Origin: Bacteroidota bacterium
GTDB lineage: Bacteria; Bacteroidota; Bacteroidia; Flavobacteriales; BACL11
DNA: 64,000 nt
Direction: 5' to 3'
Assembly (NCBI GenBank): GCA_036337275.1
Contig: JAYZEM010000003.1
Span: 14,609 to 78,608, forward strand
Shown here: positions 1 to 10,014 of the stretch, one piece after another
Position numbering within the stretch: the first letter of the stretch is position 1
How the letters are laid out: each line of letters starts with the position of its first letter
Program-made: the position numbers and the translations under genes
Notes under the pieces: generated by a model
Told to the model about the DNA's origin: nothing
The model's database searches: none
The model's input: only the letters and a program-made list of their open reading frames with translations

Positions 1-480
1 TAATGCCTTGTCGTTTTCTTGCAATTCTAGATAAGCATCTCCAATGCAACCCAATGCCAAAGTAGACAAGATGATATCATCAGCTGAAAAGTCACTTAAA
101 TATTCAATGGCATCTTCATATTGAGCAGTGTGCAAAAAACACAATCCAGCATAATAGTTAGCTAAATTTCCAGCATTTGTCAATCCATACCCGTCTGCAA
201 TATCCAAAAACCCTAAATATTGACCGTCTCCATTGAGGGCTAAGTTGAAAGAATCTTTCTCAAAATACATTTCTGCCATATACATATCTGTATGCGCTTC
301 TTGTTCTAGTGGCTCCAAATAAAGTTTATTAAAAGACAGGTAAATTGCAATGATTCCAATAATCACTCCAATAATTAGTATTAAACTTTTCTGATTATCT
401 TCTATATATTGTTCTGTTTTAGATAAAGTTTGCTCTATTTGAGCAAATTGCTTATCTGTTTTATCTGTCTGTTTGGCCAT
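1..480 (-). CDS. Membrane-anchored TPR protein (YfgM-like), runs off the window start
   Basis: Not in the ORF track. ATG at 480 reads MAKQTDKTDKQFAQIEQTLSKTEQYIEDNQKSLILIIGVIIGIIAIYLSF...ALNGDGQYLGFLDIADGYGLTNAGNLANYYAGLC: one TM helix then TPR; usual divergent neighbour of recF in Bacteroidota. Confidence 0.85.
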   Translation of the reverse strand, partial: MAKQTDKTDKQFAQIEQTLSKTEQYIEDNQKSLILIIGVIIGIIAIYLSFNKLYLEPLEQEAHTDMYMAEMYFEKDSFNLALNGDGQYLGFLDIADGYGLTNAGNLANYYAGLCFLHTAQYEDAIEYLSDFSADDIILSTLALGCIGDAYLELQENDKAL

Positions 481-499
481 ATCTTCTATTTTTGAAGTG

Positions 500-507
500 C
501 AAAAATA
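500..507 (-). promoter_or_regulatory. Bacteroidota sigma-A -7 element (TATTTTTG) for the TPR gene
   Basis: Matches TAnnTTTG about 20 nt upstream of the ATG. Confidence 0.6.
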
Positions 508-583
508 AGTTTTTTTTAACTTAATTCGCATTAAAGTAAAAGCAAATACAAAAGATCCTAATTTTTAATAAAAACAAAAGAGA

Positions 584-1684
584 TTGTATCTTAAAAATTT
601 AGCATTAACAAATTTTAAAAACCACATTGAAAGTGATTTTCAATTTGTAAAAAACATCAATTGTTTTGTTGGTGATAATGGTGCTGGAAAAACTAATCTT
701 TTGGATGCCATTCATTATTTATCGCTTACTAAGAGTTATTTTAACAAAACAGATGCTCAAAACATCAATTTTGAAGAAAGTTTTTTCTTATTAAAAGGGA
801 AATTTGTAAAGGGTAATGAGCAATCTGAAATTCAGTGTAGTTTGCAAAAAGGAGAGCAAAAAGTGATGAAAAATAACGGAGAAAAATACAAGCGTTTTTC
901 TGATCATATAGGAAACTTCCCTATAATTGTTATTTCACCTACCGATAGTAATATCATTTTGGATGGCTCAGAAGTAAGGAGAAGATATATAGATAGCAGT
1001 ATCGCGCAATACAATAAAAAATACCTTAAAAATCTCATTGAATACAATAAAGCACTCAAACAAAGAAATGCGCTATTGAAAAGATTTGCTGAGCAACAAT
1101 ATTTTGATAAACTATCTCTTGAAGTTTTTGACAATCAACTGATAAAATACGGAACACTTATTTTTAATGAGCGATCTGATTTTTTAGATGATCTAACGGT
1201 AGAATTCAGCAAGTATTATGCTAAAATATCAACTCAAAATGAGCAAGTTACAATCCGTTACCAATCACAACTATATGATAAAGAATTTAAAGAAAGTCTA
1301 GAAGAATATTTTAAAAAGGATCAATTAAGCCAATATACAAATGTAGGGATTCATAAAGATGATATTATTTTTGAAATGGATGGATATCCAATTAAAAAGA
1401 TTGGCTCGCAAGGACAGCAGAAATCTTTTTTAATAGCTTTGAAATTAGCTCAATTCGATTTTATGCAAGAACGAATAGGCTTTAAACCTATCTTGCTTCT
1501 AGATGATATTTTTGATAAATTAGATGATAAAAGAGTAGCAAAAATTATGGCATTCGCAGATGAGGGTTTGTTTGGGCAAGTTTTTATTACCGATACGCAC
1601 AAGCAAAGAACCAAGGATATTTTAAATAATTCAGAAATAACATACCAACTGTTTGAAGTTGTAAATGGAAAGCGTATAAAATGA
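584..1684 (+). CDS. recF: DNA replication/repair protein RecF
   Basis: Walker A GDNGAGKT, GSQGQQKS signature, LLLDD Walker B; TTG start. Confidence 0.97.
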   Translation: MYLKNLALTNFKNHIESDFQFVKNINCFVGDNGAGKTNLLDAIHYLSLTKSYFNKTDAQNINFEESFFLLKGKFVKGNEQSEIQCSLQKGEQKVMKNNGEKYKRFSDHIGNFPIIVISPTDSNIILDGSEVRRRYIDSSIAQYNKKYLKNLIEYNKALKQRNALLKRFAEQQYFDKLSLEVFDNQLIKYGTLIFNERSDFLDDLTVEFSKYYAKISTQNEQVTIRYQSQLYDKEFKESLEEYFKKDQLSQYTNVGIHKDDIIFEMDGYPIKKIGSQGQQKSFLIALKLAQFDFMQERIGFKPILLLDDIFDKLDDKRVAKIMAFADEGLFGQVFITDTHKQRTKDILNNSEITYQLFEVVNGKRIK

Positions 1685-1971
1685 GAAAATCAAACCAACA
1701 ATCTATAGGAACAGTAATTAAAAAGCTACTAAAAAATCAGCAATTAGATGGGCGGCTGCAAGAACTCGATTTATTAGATAAGTGTAAAGAAATATTAGGA
1801 GAGAACCTAATGAAGTTTGTAAATGAACTTTCCATAAAGAATGGAAAATTAACCATTAAGGTAAATTCAGCTGTTGTTAGAAGTGAACTATCTTATCAAA
1901 AAAGCAAAATCATAAAAAAAATGAATGATGTTGCTGGAAGCAAAATCATCAAAGAAATTACCCTAAAATAG
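1681..1971 (+). CDS. DUF721 / DciA-family protein
   Basis: 96 aa, coupled to rec[15 protein letters not shown] motif. Confidence 0.8.
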   Translation: MRKSNQQSIGTVIKKLLKNQQLDGRLQELDLLDKCKEILGENLMKFVNELSIKNGKLTIKVNSAVVRSELSYQKSKIIKKMNDVAGSKIIKEITLK

Positions 1972-2379
1972 CTCTTCTGAACTAAAATGGAAATTGGCCT
2001 CTATTTGGGCATTATCATCAGAATCAGAGCCATGCACAGCATTCTTGGATTTACTTTCTGCAAATAATTTTCTAATTGTTCCTTCTTCTGCCTCATTTGG
2101 ATCGGTTGTACCAATTAAAGATCTAAAATCAGCAACAGCATTTTCTTTTTCCAAAATTGCAGCCACTATTGGTCCTGAACTCATGTACTCGACTAATTCT
2201 CCATAAAATGGTCGTTCTTTATGAACTTCATAAAATTTCCCTGCTCTTTCAGTATCTAATTGAACTTTTTTCATGGCAACAATTCTAAAACCATTATCTT
2301 CTATCATTTTAAGTATAGCACCAGTATTTCTTGTGTGAACTGCTTCTGGCTTTATCATTGTAAAAGTTGTATTGCTCAT
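1963..2379 (-). CDS. ndk: Nucleoside diphosphate kinase
   Basis: [10 protein letters not shown] and NAVHGSDS catalytic His motif. Confidence 0.98.
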   Translation of the reverse strand: MSNTTFTMIKPEAVHTRNTGAILKMIEDNGFRIVAMKKVQLDTERAGKFYEVHKERPFYGELVEYMSSGPIVAAILEKENAVADFRSLIGTTDPNEAEEGTIRKLFAESKSKNAVHGSDSDDNAQIEANFHFSSEELF

Positions 2380-2411
2380 TTTGATTTTATTTAGAAATTA
2401 TTAGACGGCTG

Positions 2412-2419
2412 CAAAACTA
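2412..2419 (-). promoter_or_regulatory. -7 promoter element (TAGTTTTG) for ndk
   Basis: TAnnTTTG match in the divergent intergenic region. Confidence 0.55.
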
Positions 2420-2453
2420 TGAAAATATACAATCCTAAGATGATTTTTATTCT

Positions 2454-2461
2454 TATTTTTG
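2454..2461 (+). promoter_or_regulatory. -7 promoter element (TATTTTTG) for nrnA
   Basis: TAnnTTTG ending 7 nt before the ATG at 2469. Confidence 0.55.
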
Positions 2462-2468
2462 CCGCTCT

Positions 2469-3485
2469 ATGCAAGAAAAAGTAAAAGCATTAAAAAATCT
2501 TCTTAATGAGAAGAAAAATATTGTGATCACAGTACACAGAGGTCCTGATGGAGACGCTATGGGTGCTGCCTTAGGATTGTATAATATGCTGAGTCAGTTA
2601 AATCATAGTGTAACTGTAATTACGCCAAACGATTATGCCTCTTTTTTGCATTGGCTACCAGGAAATGAAGATGTGATTATTTTTAAAGAACAAGAGAGAA
2701 GGGCTACTGAAATTACCAAAAAAGCAGATGTTATTTTCTTGCTTGATTTTGGTCAGATCTCTAGATTAGATTCTTATGCTGAAGTTGTAAATAATGCTAC
2801 TGCAAAGAAGGTTATGATTGATCATCATCAAGATCCAGACGAAAATATTGCTGATATTTTATTTTCAGATGTAACAGCTTGTGCTACTGCACAACTTTTA
2901 TTTGAAATTATTGAGAATTTGAGCTATAGTCATCTAATCAATAAAAATGTTGCGGAATGCTTATACACTGGCATTATGACTGATACAGGTTCTTTTAAAT
3001 ATGCTTCAACTACTGAAAAAACTCATCATATTATTGCTAATCTGATTGATAAAGGAGCAGATAATTCTAAAATTCATGATTTAGTTTATGATAAATTTTC
3101 AGAAAATAGGATGAAACTTTTAGGATATTGTTTGAATCAAAAATTACAAATACTAAAGGAAAATAAAGCAGCAATCATAGCGTTAAATGCTGAAGAATTA
3201 GAAAGATTTAACTTTCAAAAAGGAGATACAGAAGGGATTGTAAATTATGCCCTTATGATTGAAGATATTATTTGTGCTGCTTTTATTGCTGAGAAGGAAG
3301 GTGTGGTAAAACTTTCTTTACGATCAAAGGGAAATTTTAAAGTAAATGAAATTGCTAAAAAATACTTCAATGGGGGAGGGCATATGAATGCAGCAGGAGG
3401 AATATCGGATATGTCGGTAGGGGAAACAATTGATAAACTAAAAACAATTTTTAAAAACAATAAAGCAGAAATAACAAAACTTTAA
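2469..3485 (+). CDS. nrnA: DHH-family oligoribonuclease/PAP phosphatase
   Basis: HRGPDGDA, IDHH, TDTG and GGGH motifs (DHH/DHHA1). Confidence 0.9.
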   Translation: MQEKVKALKNLLNEKKNIVITVHRGPDGDAMGAALGLYNMLSQLNHSVTVITPNDYASFLHWLPGNEDVIIFKEQERRATEITKKADVIFLLDFGQISRLDSYAEVVNNATAKKVMIDHHQDPDENIADILFSDVTACATAQLLFEIIENLSYSHLINKNVAECLYTGIMTDTGSFKYASTTEKTHHIIANLIDKGADNSKIHDLVYDKFSENRMKLLGYCLNQKLQILKENKAAIIALNAEELERFNFQKGDTEGIVNYALMIEDIICAAFIAEKEGVVKLSLRSKGNFKVNEIAKKYFNGGGHMNAAGGISDMSVGETIDKLKTIFKNNKAEITKL

Positions 3486-3488
3486 CTC

Positions 3489-4484
3489 ATGAAAAAGACA
3501 CTATTAACACTTGCAATTTTTGCAGGATTAACATTAACAACAAAATCACAAACAACTAACGGTATGTACGCACAAATTAAAACAACAAAAGGAGAGATTT
3601 TAATTCAATTGGAACATGAAAAAACTCCACTAACTGTAGCTAATTTTATTGGTTTGGCAGAAGGAAAAATTAACAACAATGCAAAAAAAGAAGGGGCTCC
3701 ATACTATGATGGTTTGAAATTTCATAGAGTTATTGCTGATTTTATGATTCAAGGTGGCTGCCCAAACGGGAATGGAATGGGTGATCCTGGTTATAAATTT
3801 CCAGATGAATTTCATCCAGACCTGAAACATTCTGGTCCTGGAATTTTATCAATGGCAAACTCTGGTCCTGCTACTAATGGAAGTCAGTTTTTTATTACAC
3901 ATAAAGAAACGCCATGGCTAGATGGAAAACATACCGTATTTGGGCATGTAATAGAAGGTCAGGAAGTAGTGAATTCAATTGCACAAGATGACATAATGGA
4001 GTCTGTAACAATTATCAGGAAAGGGAATACTGCTAAGCAGTTTGATGCTTCTAAAATTTTTAATTCTAAACTAGAAGAAGTTAAAAAAGAAGAAGCAGAA
4101 AAAGTAGAAAAGCAAGCTGAAGAGTTAAAAAAATTAACATCTGGAGCAAAAGTAACTGAAAGCGGATTAGCTTATAAAGTTATTAATAAAGGAAAGGGGG
4201 AAACGCATCCAACATCTACAAGTACAGTTACTGTTCATTATACTGGAAAACTAACAGATGGAACTATATTTGATAGTTCAGTAAAAAGGGGAGAGCCTGC
4301 CACTTTTCCTTTAAATAAAGTAATCTCTGGATGGACAGAAGGAGTACAATTAATGGTAGTTGGTGATAAATGGACATTTATTATTCCTTCTAATTTAGCT
4401 TATGGTGAAAGAGGAATTCCTCAAGCTGGAATAGGGCCAAATGCTACTTTAATTTTTGAGGTAGAACTTTTAGAGATTAAGTAA
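3489..4484 (+). CDS. Peptidyl-prolyl isomerase, cyclophilin + FKBP fusion, with signal peptide
   Basis: [13 protein letters not shown] and GSQFFITH (cyclophilin); VHYTGKL..FDSS and LIFEVELL (FKBP). Confidence 0.95.
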   Translation: MKKTLLTLAIFAGLTLTTKSQTTNGMYAQIKTTKGEILIQLEHEKTPLTVANFIGLAEGKINNNAKKEGAPYYDGLKFHRVIADFMIQGGCPNGNGMGDPGYKFPDEFHPDLKHSGPGILSMANSGPATNGSQFFITHKETPWLDGKHTVFGHVIEGQEVVNSIAQDDIMESVTIIRKGNTAKQFDASKIFNSKLEEVKKEEAEKVEKQAEELKKLTSGAKVTESGLAYKVINKGKGETHPTSTSTVTVHYTGKLTDGTIFDSSVKRGEPATFPLNKVISGWTEGVQLMVVGDKWTFIIPSNLAYGERGIPQAGIGPNATLIFEVELLEIK

Positions 4485-4510
4485 TCTGATTTCCTATTAT
4501 TAAAAAGAGA

Positions 4511-4533
4511 AGCCACTAAATAGTGGATTTTTT
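4511..4533. terminator. Possible bidirectional terminator between convergent genes
   Basis: CCACT-AAAT-AGTGG stem followed by a T run; weak stem. Confidence 0.4.
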
Positions 4534-5242
4534 ATTTTTCTAAAAGCAGAAAAATTGTTGGTTTCTTATGAATGTTAAAGTGCATTTGTTTCCATTCTTC
4601 AATTGCCATTGTATTAATTTTTTCAGAAGGAAGTGTGATGTTAGTTGCAATGCAAAGCCTTGCGCTTTTACTACAATGTTTAAGTATGGAGTCTAAAAGT
4701 TGATGATTTCTATAAGGTGTCTCCATAAATATCTGAGTCTGATTCAGCTTTCTTGATTGATTCTCCATTTGTTTAATCTTTCGTTCTCTCTCTTTTTTAT
4801 CAATAGGTAAATAACCATGAAACACAAAATTTTGCCCATTAAGCCCTGATGCCATAAGTGCAAGGAAAATGGAAGAAGGGCCAACAAGGGGCACTACATC
4901 AATATTAAAATCATGCGCGTATTCTACAATTGCTGAGCCAGGATCTGCAATGCATGGCAATCCGGCTTCTGAAATAATTCCTACATCTTCTCCTTTCAGA
5001 ATATGAGGTAGAAAATCTGCTTCTAAATTTATTTCATCATGCTTTCCATAAGTGTAAAATGTGCAATCATCTATCTCTTTTTGTTTATCAACTTTTTTAA
5101 TGAATCTCCTTGCAGAACGCACATTTTCAACAATAAAAATATTAATATCTTTAATGTGATTTACTATTAAAATAGGGAAAAAATTAGTGCTTTCGATATC
5201 ACCAAGCAAGGAAGGGATAAGGTATAATTTTCCTTTAGCCAA
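4532..5242 (-). CDS. SAM-dependent methyltransferase, RsmI-like (tetrapyrrole methylase fold)
   Basis: ISEAGLPCIADPG, VGPSS and ETPYRN motifs. Confidence 0.85.
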   Translation of the reverse strand: MAKGKLYLIPSLLGDIESTNFFPILIVNHIKDINIFIVENVRSARRFIKKVDKQKEIDDCTFYTYGKHDEINLEADFLPHILKGEDVGIISEAGLPCIADPGSAIVEYAHDFNIDVVPLVGPSSIFLALMASGLNGQNFVFHGYLPIDKKERERKIKQMENQSRKLNQTQIFMETPYRNHQLLDSILKHCSKSARLCIATNITLPSEKINTMAIEEWKQMHFNIHKKPTIFLLLEK

Positions 5243-5687
5243 GTTGTTCTACTATTTTAACACATGCTTTATCAAGCATGTCATAAACATCCTGGAAACC
5301 ATTATCTCCACCATAATAAGGGTCTGGTACAGATTGAAATGATCTTGGATTAATCTCATTTAGGATAAGGTCAACCTTTTCTTTGTCCGATTCGCTCCTT
5401 GCTAAACTAATGATATTGGTATAATTGCTAGTATCCATTGCATAGATTTTGTCAAACTTATCAAAATCATTTATGCAGAATTGCCTGGCCCTTTGACAAC
5501 TTAAATCAATACCATGCTTTTTAGCAATTGCAATAGAACGGATATCTGGCTGTTCGCTAATGTGATATGCAGAAGTTCCAGCAGAATCAACTAATACATC
5601 CAAATGATTTGTCTTGGCTTTAAGAATGCCTTCCGCTAATGGAGAGCGACAAATATTTCCTAAGCAAACCATTAGAATTTTGCTCAT
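5235..5687 (-). CDS. Low-molecular-weight protein tyrosine phosphatase
   Basis: VCLGNICRSP P-loop and DPYY. Confidence 0.96.
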   Translation of the reverse strand: MSKILMVCLGNICRSPLAEGILKAKTNHLDVLVDSAGTSAYHISEQPDIRSIAIAKKHGIDLSCQRARQFCINDFDKFDKIYAMDTSNYTNIISLARSESDKEKVDLILNEINPRSFQSVPDPYYGGDNGFQDVYDMLDKACVKIVEQLG

Positions 5688-5700
5688 GATAAATAATTTA

Positions 5701-7131
5701 TTAAGCTAAGGATAGTTTCTTTTCAATATCAGCAATATAGCCCTTGAATTGCTTGTCGGTATCAGCTAAGTTGTTGACGGTTTTGCAAGCGTGCAACACA
5801 GTTGCATGATCTTTATTTCCACAATGTTTTCCAATCATAGCCAGTGAACTCTTTGTCATTTGCTTTGAGAAATACATAGCTAACTGTCTGCATTGTACGA
5901 TTTCTCTTTTTCTAGTTTTAGATTTCATGATATCAATTGGAATATCAAAATAATCGCATACTACTTTTTGAATGTAGTCTATTGAAACCTCACGAACAGT
6001 ATTTTTCACAAATTTATCTAACATGTTTTTTGCTAAATCAATTGTGATTTCTTTTTTATTTAAAGATGATTGGGCTAAAAGCGAAATAAGTGCACCCTCC
6101 AATTCACGGACATTTGTAGTAATTGAATAAGCAATATATTCAATAACTTCATATGGCATTTCAATACCATCATTATGAATTTTCTTTTTCAGAATTGCCA
6201 GTCGCGTTTCTAAATCAGGCGCTTGCAGATCAGCAGAAAGCCCCCACTTAAATCTTGAAAGCAACCTTTGCTCCATGTCCACCATATCAACTGGTGCTTT
6301 ATCGGAAGTAAGTATCAGTTGCTTGCCGTTTTGATGTAAATGATTGAATATATGGAAAAAAACATCCTGTGTTTTTTCTTTACCACAGAAAAACTGAACA
6401 TCATCTATAATAAGCACATCAATTGATTGATAAAAATGCACAAAATCATTTTTCTTATTATCCATTATAGAATCAACAAATTGCGTTTGAAATTTGTCAG
6501 CAGAAACATACAGAACTGTTTTTTCTGGAAATTGTTTCTTGATTTCAATACCACTTGCGTTGGCCAAATGCGTTTTTCCTAATCCGCCTTTTCCATAAAT
6601 AAGCAAAGGGTTGAATGAAGTGCCAGATGGCTTTTGCGCAACCGCATAAGCTGCTGAACGCGCCAACCTATTACATTCTCCTTCAACAAAAGAATCTAAT
6701 GTGTAAGATGGATTTAGTTGAGGATCAATATCAATTTTTTGCAAACCGGGAATAATAAAAGGATTTCTTATAGAAGTCTCATTCAGATTAATTGGCATAC
6801 TTACTGGATTATTTTTAAGCGGCTTACTATTATTACTTGGTACTTTTGTAATATAAGGTTTAGCACTAGTGGAGTTGTCAATAATAATATGATACTCCAA
6901 CTTTCCTTCTTTTCCCAACTCTTTCTTAATCGTTTTTTTGATAAGCGTAATATAATGCTGCTCTAACCACTCATAAAAAAACTTTGAAGGAACCTGAATG
7001 GTAAGCACGTTTCCTTTAATCCCAACTGGTACAATTGGCTTGAACCACATTTTAAAATTTTGATAGCTAACATTGTCTTGTATAACCGCTAAGCACTTTT
7101 CCCAAATTTCTTCACAAGACCTTTTTGTCAT
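5701..7131 (-). CDS. dnaA: Chromosomal replication initiator DnaA
   Basis: FNPLLIYGKGGLGKTHL, IDDVQF, RELEGA and KDHATVLHAC. Confidence 0.99.
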   Translation of the reverse strand: MTKRSCEEIWEKCLAVIQDNVSYQNFKMWFKPIVPVGIKGNVLTIQVPSKFFYEWLEQHYITLIKKTIKKELGKEGKLEYHIIIDNSTSAKPYITKVPSNNSKPLKNNPVSMPINLNETSIRNPFIIPGLQKIDIDPQLNPSYTLDSFVEGECNRLARSAAYAVAQKPSGTSFNPLLIYGKGGLGKTHLANASGIEIKKQFPEKTVLYVSADKFQTQFVDSIMDNKKNDFVHFYQSIDVLIIDDVQFFCGKEKTQDVFFHIFNHLHQNGKQLILTSDKAPVDMVDMEQRLLSRFKWGLSADLQAPDLETRLAILKKKIHNDGIEMPYEVIEYIAYSITTNVRELEGALISLLAQSSLNKKEITIDLAKNMLDKFVKNTVREVSIDYIQKVVCDYFDIPIDIMKSKTRKREIVQCRQLAMYFSKQMTKSSLAMIGKHCGNKDHATVLHACKTVNNLADTDKQFKGYIADIEKKLSLA

Positions 7132-7321
7132 TTTCTTTTGTGGTTTTAGTTTCCTTTGTTTTGAGTTTTTTTGTTAAGTCGTAAAATCTACCTTGCGGCA
7201 AACTGTTGAGCAAATATTAAAACATTTTTGTTATTAAAAAAGTTTTTCCGCACTTGACTTCTAATTATTTTTTACTTGTCAAAAAATATCAGTTTAACGT
7301 CCAAGAAAAAATATTATAAAA

Positions 7322-8233
7322 TCACCCATTTTTGACACTAAATGAGCCTCCAAAAATGTTTTCTATAACATTTTTTCGACTAAATAAATAGTCGATTTTG
7401 CCGATTTTGATTCCCGCCCAACCAACTTGTGCAATAAGTACTTGTTTTTCCTGTAAATTATTTTTTACAATTGGTTTGTTCAAAAAAGTATGCGTATGCC
7501 CTCCTATAATTAAATCAATATTTTTTGTTTTTTCTGCTAGGTTAATATCATCTATTTTTGAACTTTTATATTTAAACCCTAAATGCGAAATACAAATCAC
7601 TAAATTACATCCAAGTTCATTTTTCAAATGATTAGCATAATGATTACTTTTTGTAATTGGATCGTGATATATCGTGCTGCCATACAATGATCTAGGAACC
7701 AATCCTTCAAGTTCAATTCCGATACCAAAAACTCCAATCTTTAATCCTCCTTTTTTAAACAATTTGAATGGTTTAAATTGCCCGCCTAAAACACTATCAG
7801 AGAAGTCATAATTAGCGCACAGAAATGGGAAATTAGCATTTGGTAATTGAGCCTTTAATCCATTCAGCCCATTATCAAAATCATGATTCCCGATGGTAGC
7901 TGCATCATACTTCATTTCACTCATTAGTTTGAATTCCAACTCCCCGCCATACATGTTAAAATATGGCGTCCCTTGAAAAATATCGCCTGCATCTAAAAGC
8001 AAAACATGCTCATTCTCTTCCCTAATTTTTTTAATAAGTGTTGTTCTTTCTGCCATTCCACCAAGCCCTTTATTACTTCCGCTTGTAAATGGCTGAATAT
8101 GACTATGCATATCATTAGTATGCAAAATAGTAAGTTTTATTAAATCATTTTCGGCAAAAATCTCATTAGGTATGAAACCTAAACTCAATGCACCTAACCC
8201 AGCCTTCTTAATAAAATCTCTTCTGCTTCTCAT
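7322..8233 (-). CDS. 5'-nucleotidase metallophosphatase (catalytic) subunit, Tat-exported
   Basis: Start reassigned to ATG 8233 (ATGA overlap; MRSRRDFIKK Tat motif); HTNDMHSH, DAGD, GNHDFD and GGHTH. Confidence 0.9.
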   Translation of the reverse strand: MRSRRDFIKKAGLGALSLGFIPNEIFAENDLIKLTILHTNDMHSHIQPFTSGSNKGLGGMAERTTLIKKIREENEHVLLLDAGDIFQGTPYFNMYGGELEFKLMSEMKYDAATIGNHDFDNGLNGLKAQLPNANFPFLCANYDFSDSVLGGQFKPFKLFKKGGLKIGVFGIGIELEGLVPRSLYGSTIYHDPITKSNHYANHLKNELGCNLVICISHLGFKYKSSKIDDINLAEKTKNIDLIIGGHTHTFLNKPIVKNNLQEKQVLIAQVGWAGIKIGKIDYLFSRKNVIENIFGGSFSVKNG

Positions 8234-8946
8234 TCTGCTGTACTTAAACGATTGTCCAATTTTGAAGAGATAGTATCTTTTGAAAGGCAATAATTTATAA
8301 TGGCATCTCTTAACTTAATACCCACCTTCTTTTGTTTTTTACCCTTAAAGAAATACATCTTATCACCTGCATTTGCTAAATAATCTGAAGTAAGTACCCT
8401 TATTCTTTCTCCTTTTTCAAAATTAGTTTGATTATAGATGATGTATGAAGAATGCTTTCCTTCCGCATTCATTTTAATAGACAATCCCGAAAAAGGCTCT
8501 CCACCTCTTGAGACAAGATAATCTAATAATCTTAAAAAATCATATTTACTTAGTTTTAAAACAACTAACTCATTTTCAAATGGCATTAATTCATATATTT
8601 TACCTCGTGTAATTTTTCCTTTTGGTAAACTGGCACGCAATCCACCATTATTCATAATACAAATATCCGCCACATCAGCATACTGTTGCAAACATAAATC
8701 AGTAACAAAATTTCCTAGCAGACTTTCAGGTTTTCCTTTTTTCATCTCCATGTCAGAAACACACAAAACCTCATTCATCACAGAATCAATAGCTAATTTA
8801 TAAGGCGCAATTATAGTAGCAGCTAGACTATCCTTTTCTGATTTTACATCCATACTTGATTCTGAATGAGAAACTAAATTATACTGAACACTGCAAGCGG
8901 TGAGTAACAAAATAGTTATGTAAAAGATCGGGGATTTCAACTTCAT
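8230..8946 (-). CDS. 5'-nucleotidase C-terminal-domain lipoprotein
   Basis: LTAC lipobox; ESLLGNFVTD, NNGGLRA and MPFEN. Confidence 0.9.
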   Translation of the reverse strand: MKLKSPIFYITILLLTACSVQYNLVSHSESSMDVKSEKDSLAATIIAPYKLAIDSVMNEVLCVSDMEMKKGKPESLLGNFVTDLCLQQYADVADICIMNNGGLRASLPKGKITRGKIYELMPFENELVVLKLSKYDFLRLLDYLVSRGGEPFSGLSIKMNAEGKHSSYIIYNQTNFEKGERIRVLTSDYLANAGDKMYFFKGKKQKKVGIKLRDAIINYCLSKDTISSKLDNRLSTAE

Positions 8947-8993
8947 GAGGCTACAATATTAAGAAATAAAATTATTGTGTGTATAATTGCAGT

Positions 8994-9398
8994 ATGTATT
9001 CTTTCGAAACAAAGATAAGAGTAAGATATGGAGAAACCGATCAAATGGGGTATGTGTATTATGGTGTATACGCACAATACTTTGAGGTTGGTAGAGTTGA
9101 ACTTTTACGCTCACTTGGAATAAGTTATAAAAAGTTAGAACAAGCAGGATGCATGCTGCCTGTTATAAATTTTGAAATCAGTTATAAAAAGCCTGCTCTT
9201 TATGATGATGAACTAAATATACGAACAACAATCAAACTACTTCCTACCACAAAAATTACATTTGAATACGAGACTTATAATGCTGAAAATATTTTGCTAA
9301 ATAGTGGGAAAGTGGTATTGGTATTTGTAGATAAATCAACTATGAAGCCAACATTACCTCCTAAAATAATTTTGGAAAAACTAGAAGAAAGATTCTAA
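8994..9398 (+). CDS. Acyl-CoA thioesterase (YbgC/FadM hotdog fold)
   Basis: RVRYGETDQMGYVYY; start set to ATG 8994. Confidence 0.92.
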   Translation: MYSFETKIRVRYGETDQMGYVYYGVYAQYFEVGRVELLRSLGISYKKLEQAGCMLPVINFEISYKKPALYDDELNIRTTIKLLPTTKITFEYETYNAENILLNSGKVVLVFVDKSTMKPTLPPKIILEKLEERF

Positions 9399-9410
9399 TT
9401 TTTCATTGAT

Positions 9411-10004
9411 CTAAGAATTACCTACTTGCACTTTTCTAAAAGCTTTTAACAAATAATAGATGATAAAAAATTCTATAACTAAAATAAAATGATGAATGAG
9501 ATATACTAATTTCTGATTTTCAGTAATGCTAAAGTATTCCTCTACAACATAATAAAAAATAACAGCAAACAACATACCAATTATGGTTCCGATTTGTCTA
9601 TTAATATCGATAAATGAAAAAATCTTTTTCTTTTTTAATAAGTGTGTTTCTGACCTTTGCAGATAATCACCAAACAGAAAAGTGAGGCTTCTTGACACAT
9701 ATATCAAAAGTGCAATTTTGTAGGAAAATGGAAATATTAGAAAACACAACATCCAAAAAACCATTACCAATTCTACAAATAAGGAAATTCGAAAGAAATA
9801 TCTCTTGTATATTATTTTATGATAAAGTTTAGCAATGATAATAGATAATAGAGCAAATATGATTCCTAATATTGCAATCTCAGCAATCTTAATGGGTTGA
9901 TATTGGCTAATGTAAGAACCGATTCCTGCACCTAAAAATAGAGAATTAAAAAACTTATATTTTAAATAGTTTCTGTGATGTATTTCAATGCTGTGTTCAG
10001 CCAA
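9411..10004 (-). CDS. Hypothetical multi-pass membrane protein
   Basis: About 6 hydrophobic segments; TTG start just after gapA. Confidence 0.7.
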   Translation of the reverse strand: MAEHSIEIHHRNYLKYKFFNSLFLGAGIGSYISQYQPIKIAEIAILGIIFALLSIIIAKLYHKIIYKRYFFRISLFVELVMVFWMLCFLIFPFSYKIALLIYVSRSLTFLFGDYLQRSETHLLKKKKIFSFIDINRQIGTIIGMLFAVIFYYVVEEYFSITENQKLVYLIHHFILVIEFFIIYYLLKAFRKVQVGNS

Positions 10005-10014
10005 AACTATAGAA

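Noticed and set aside
7132-7321. oriC upstream of dnaA
   Set aside because: No DnaA-box cluster seen, region is short, and dif plus convergent gene orientation point to a terminus
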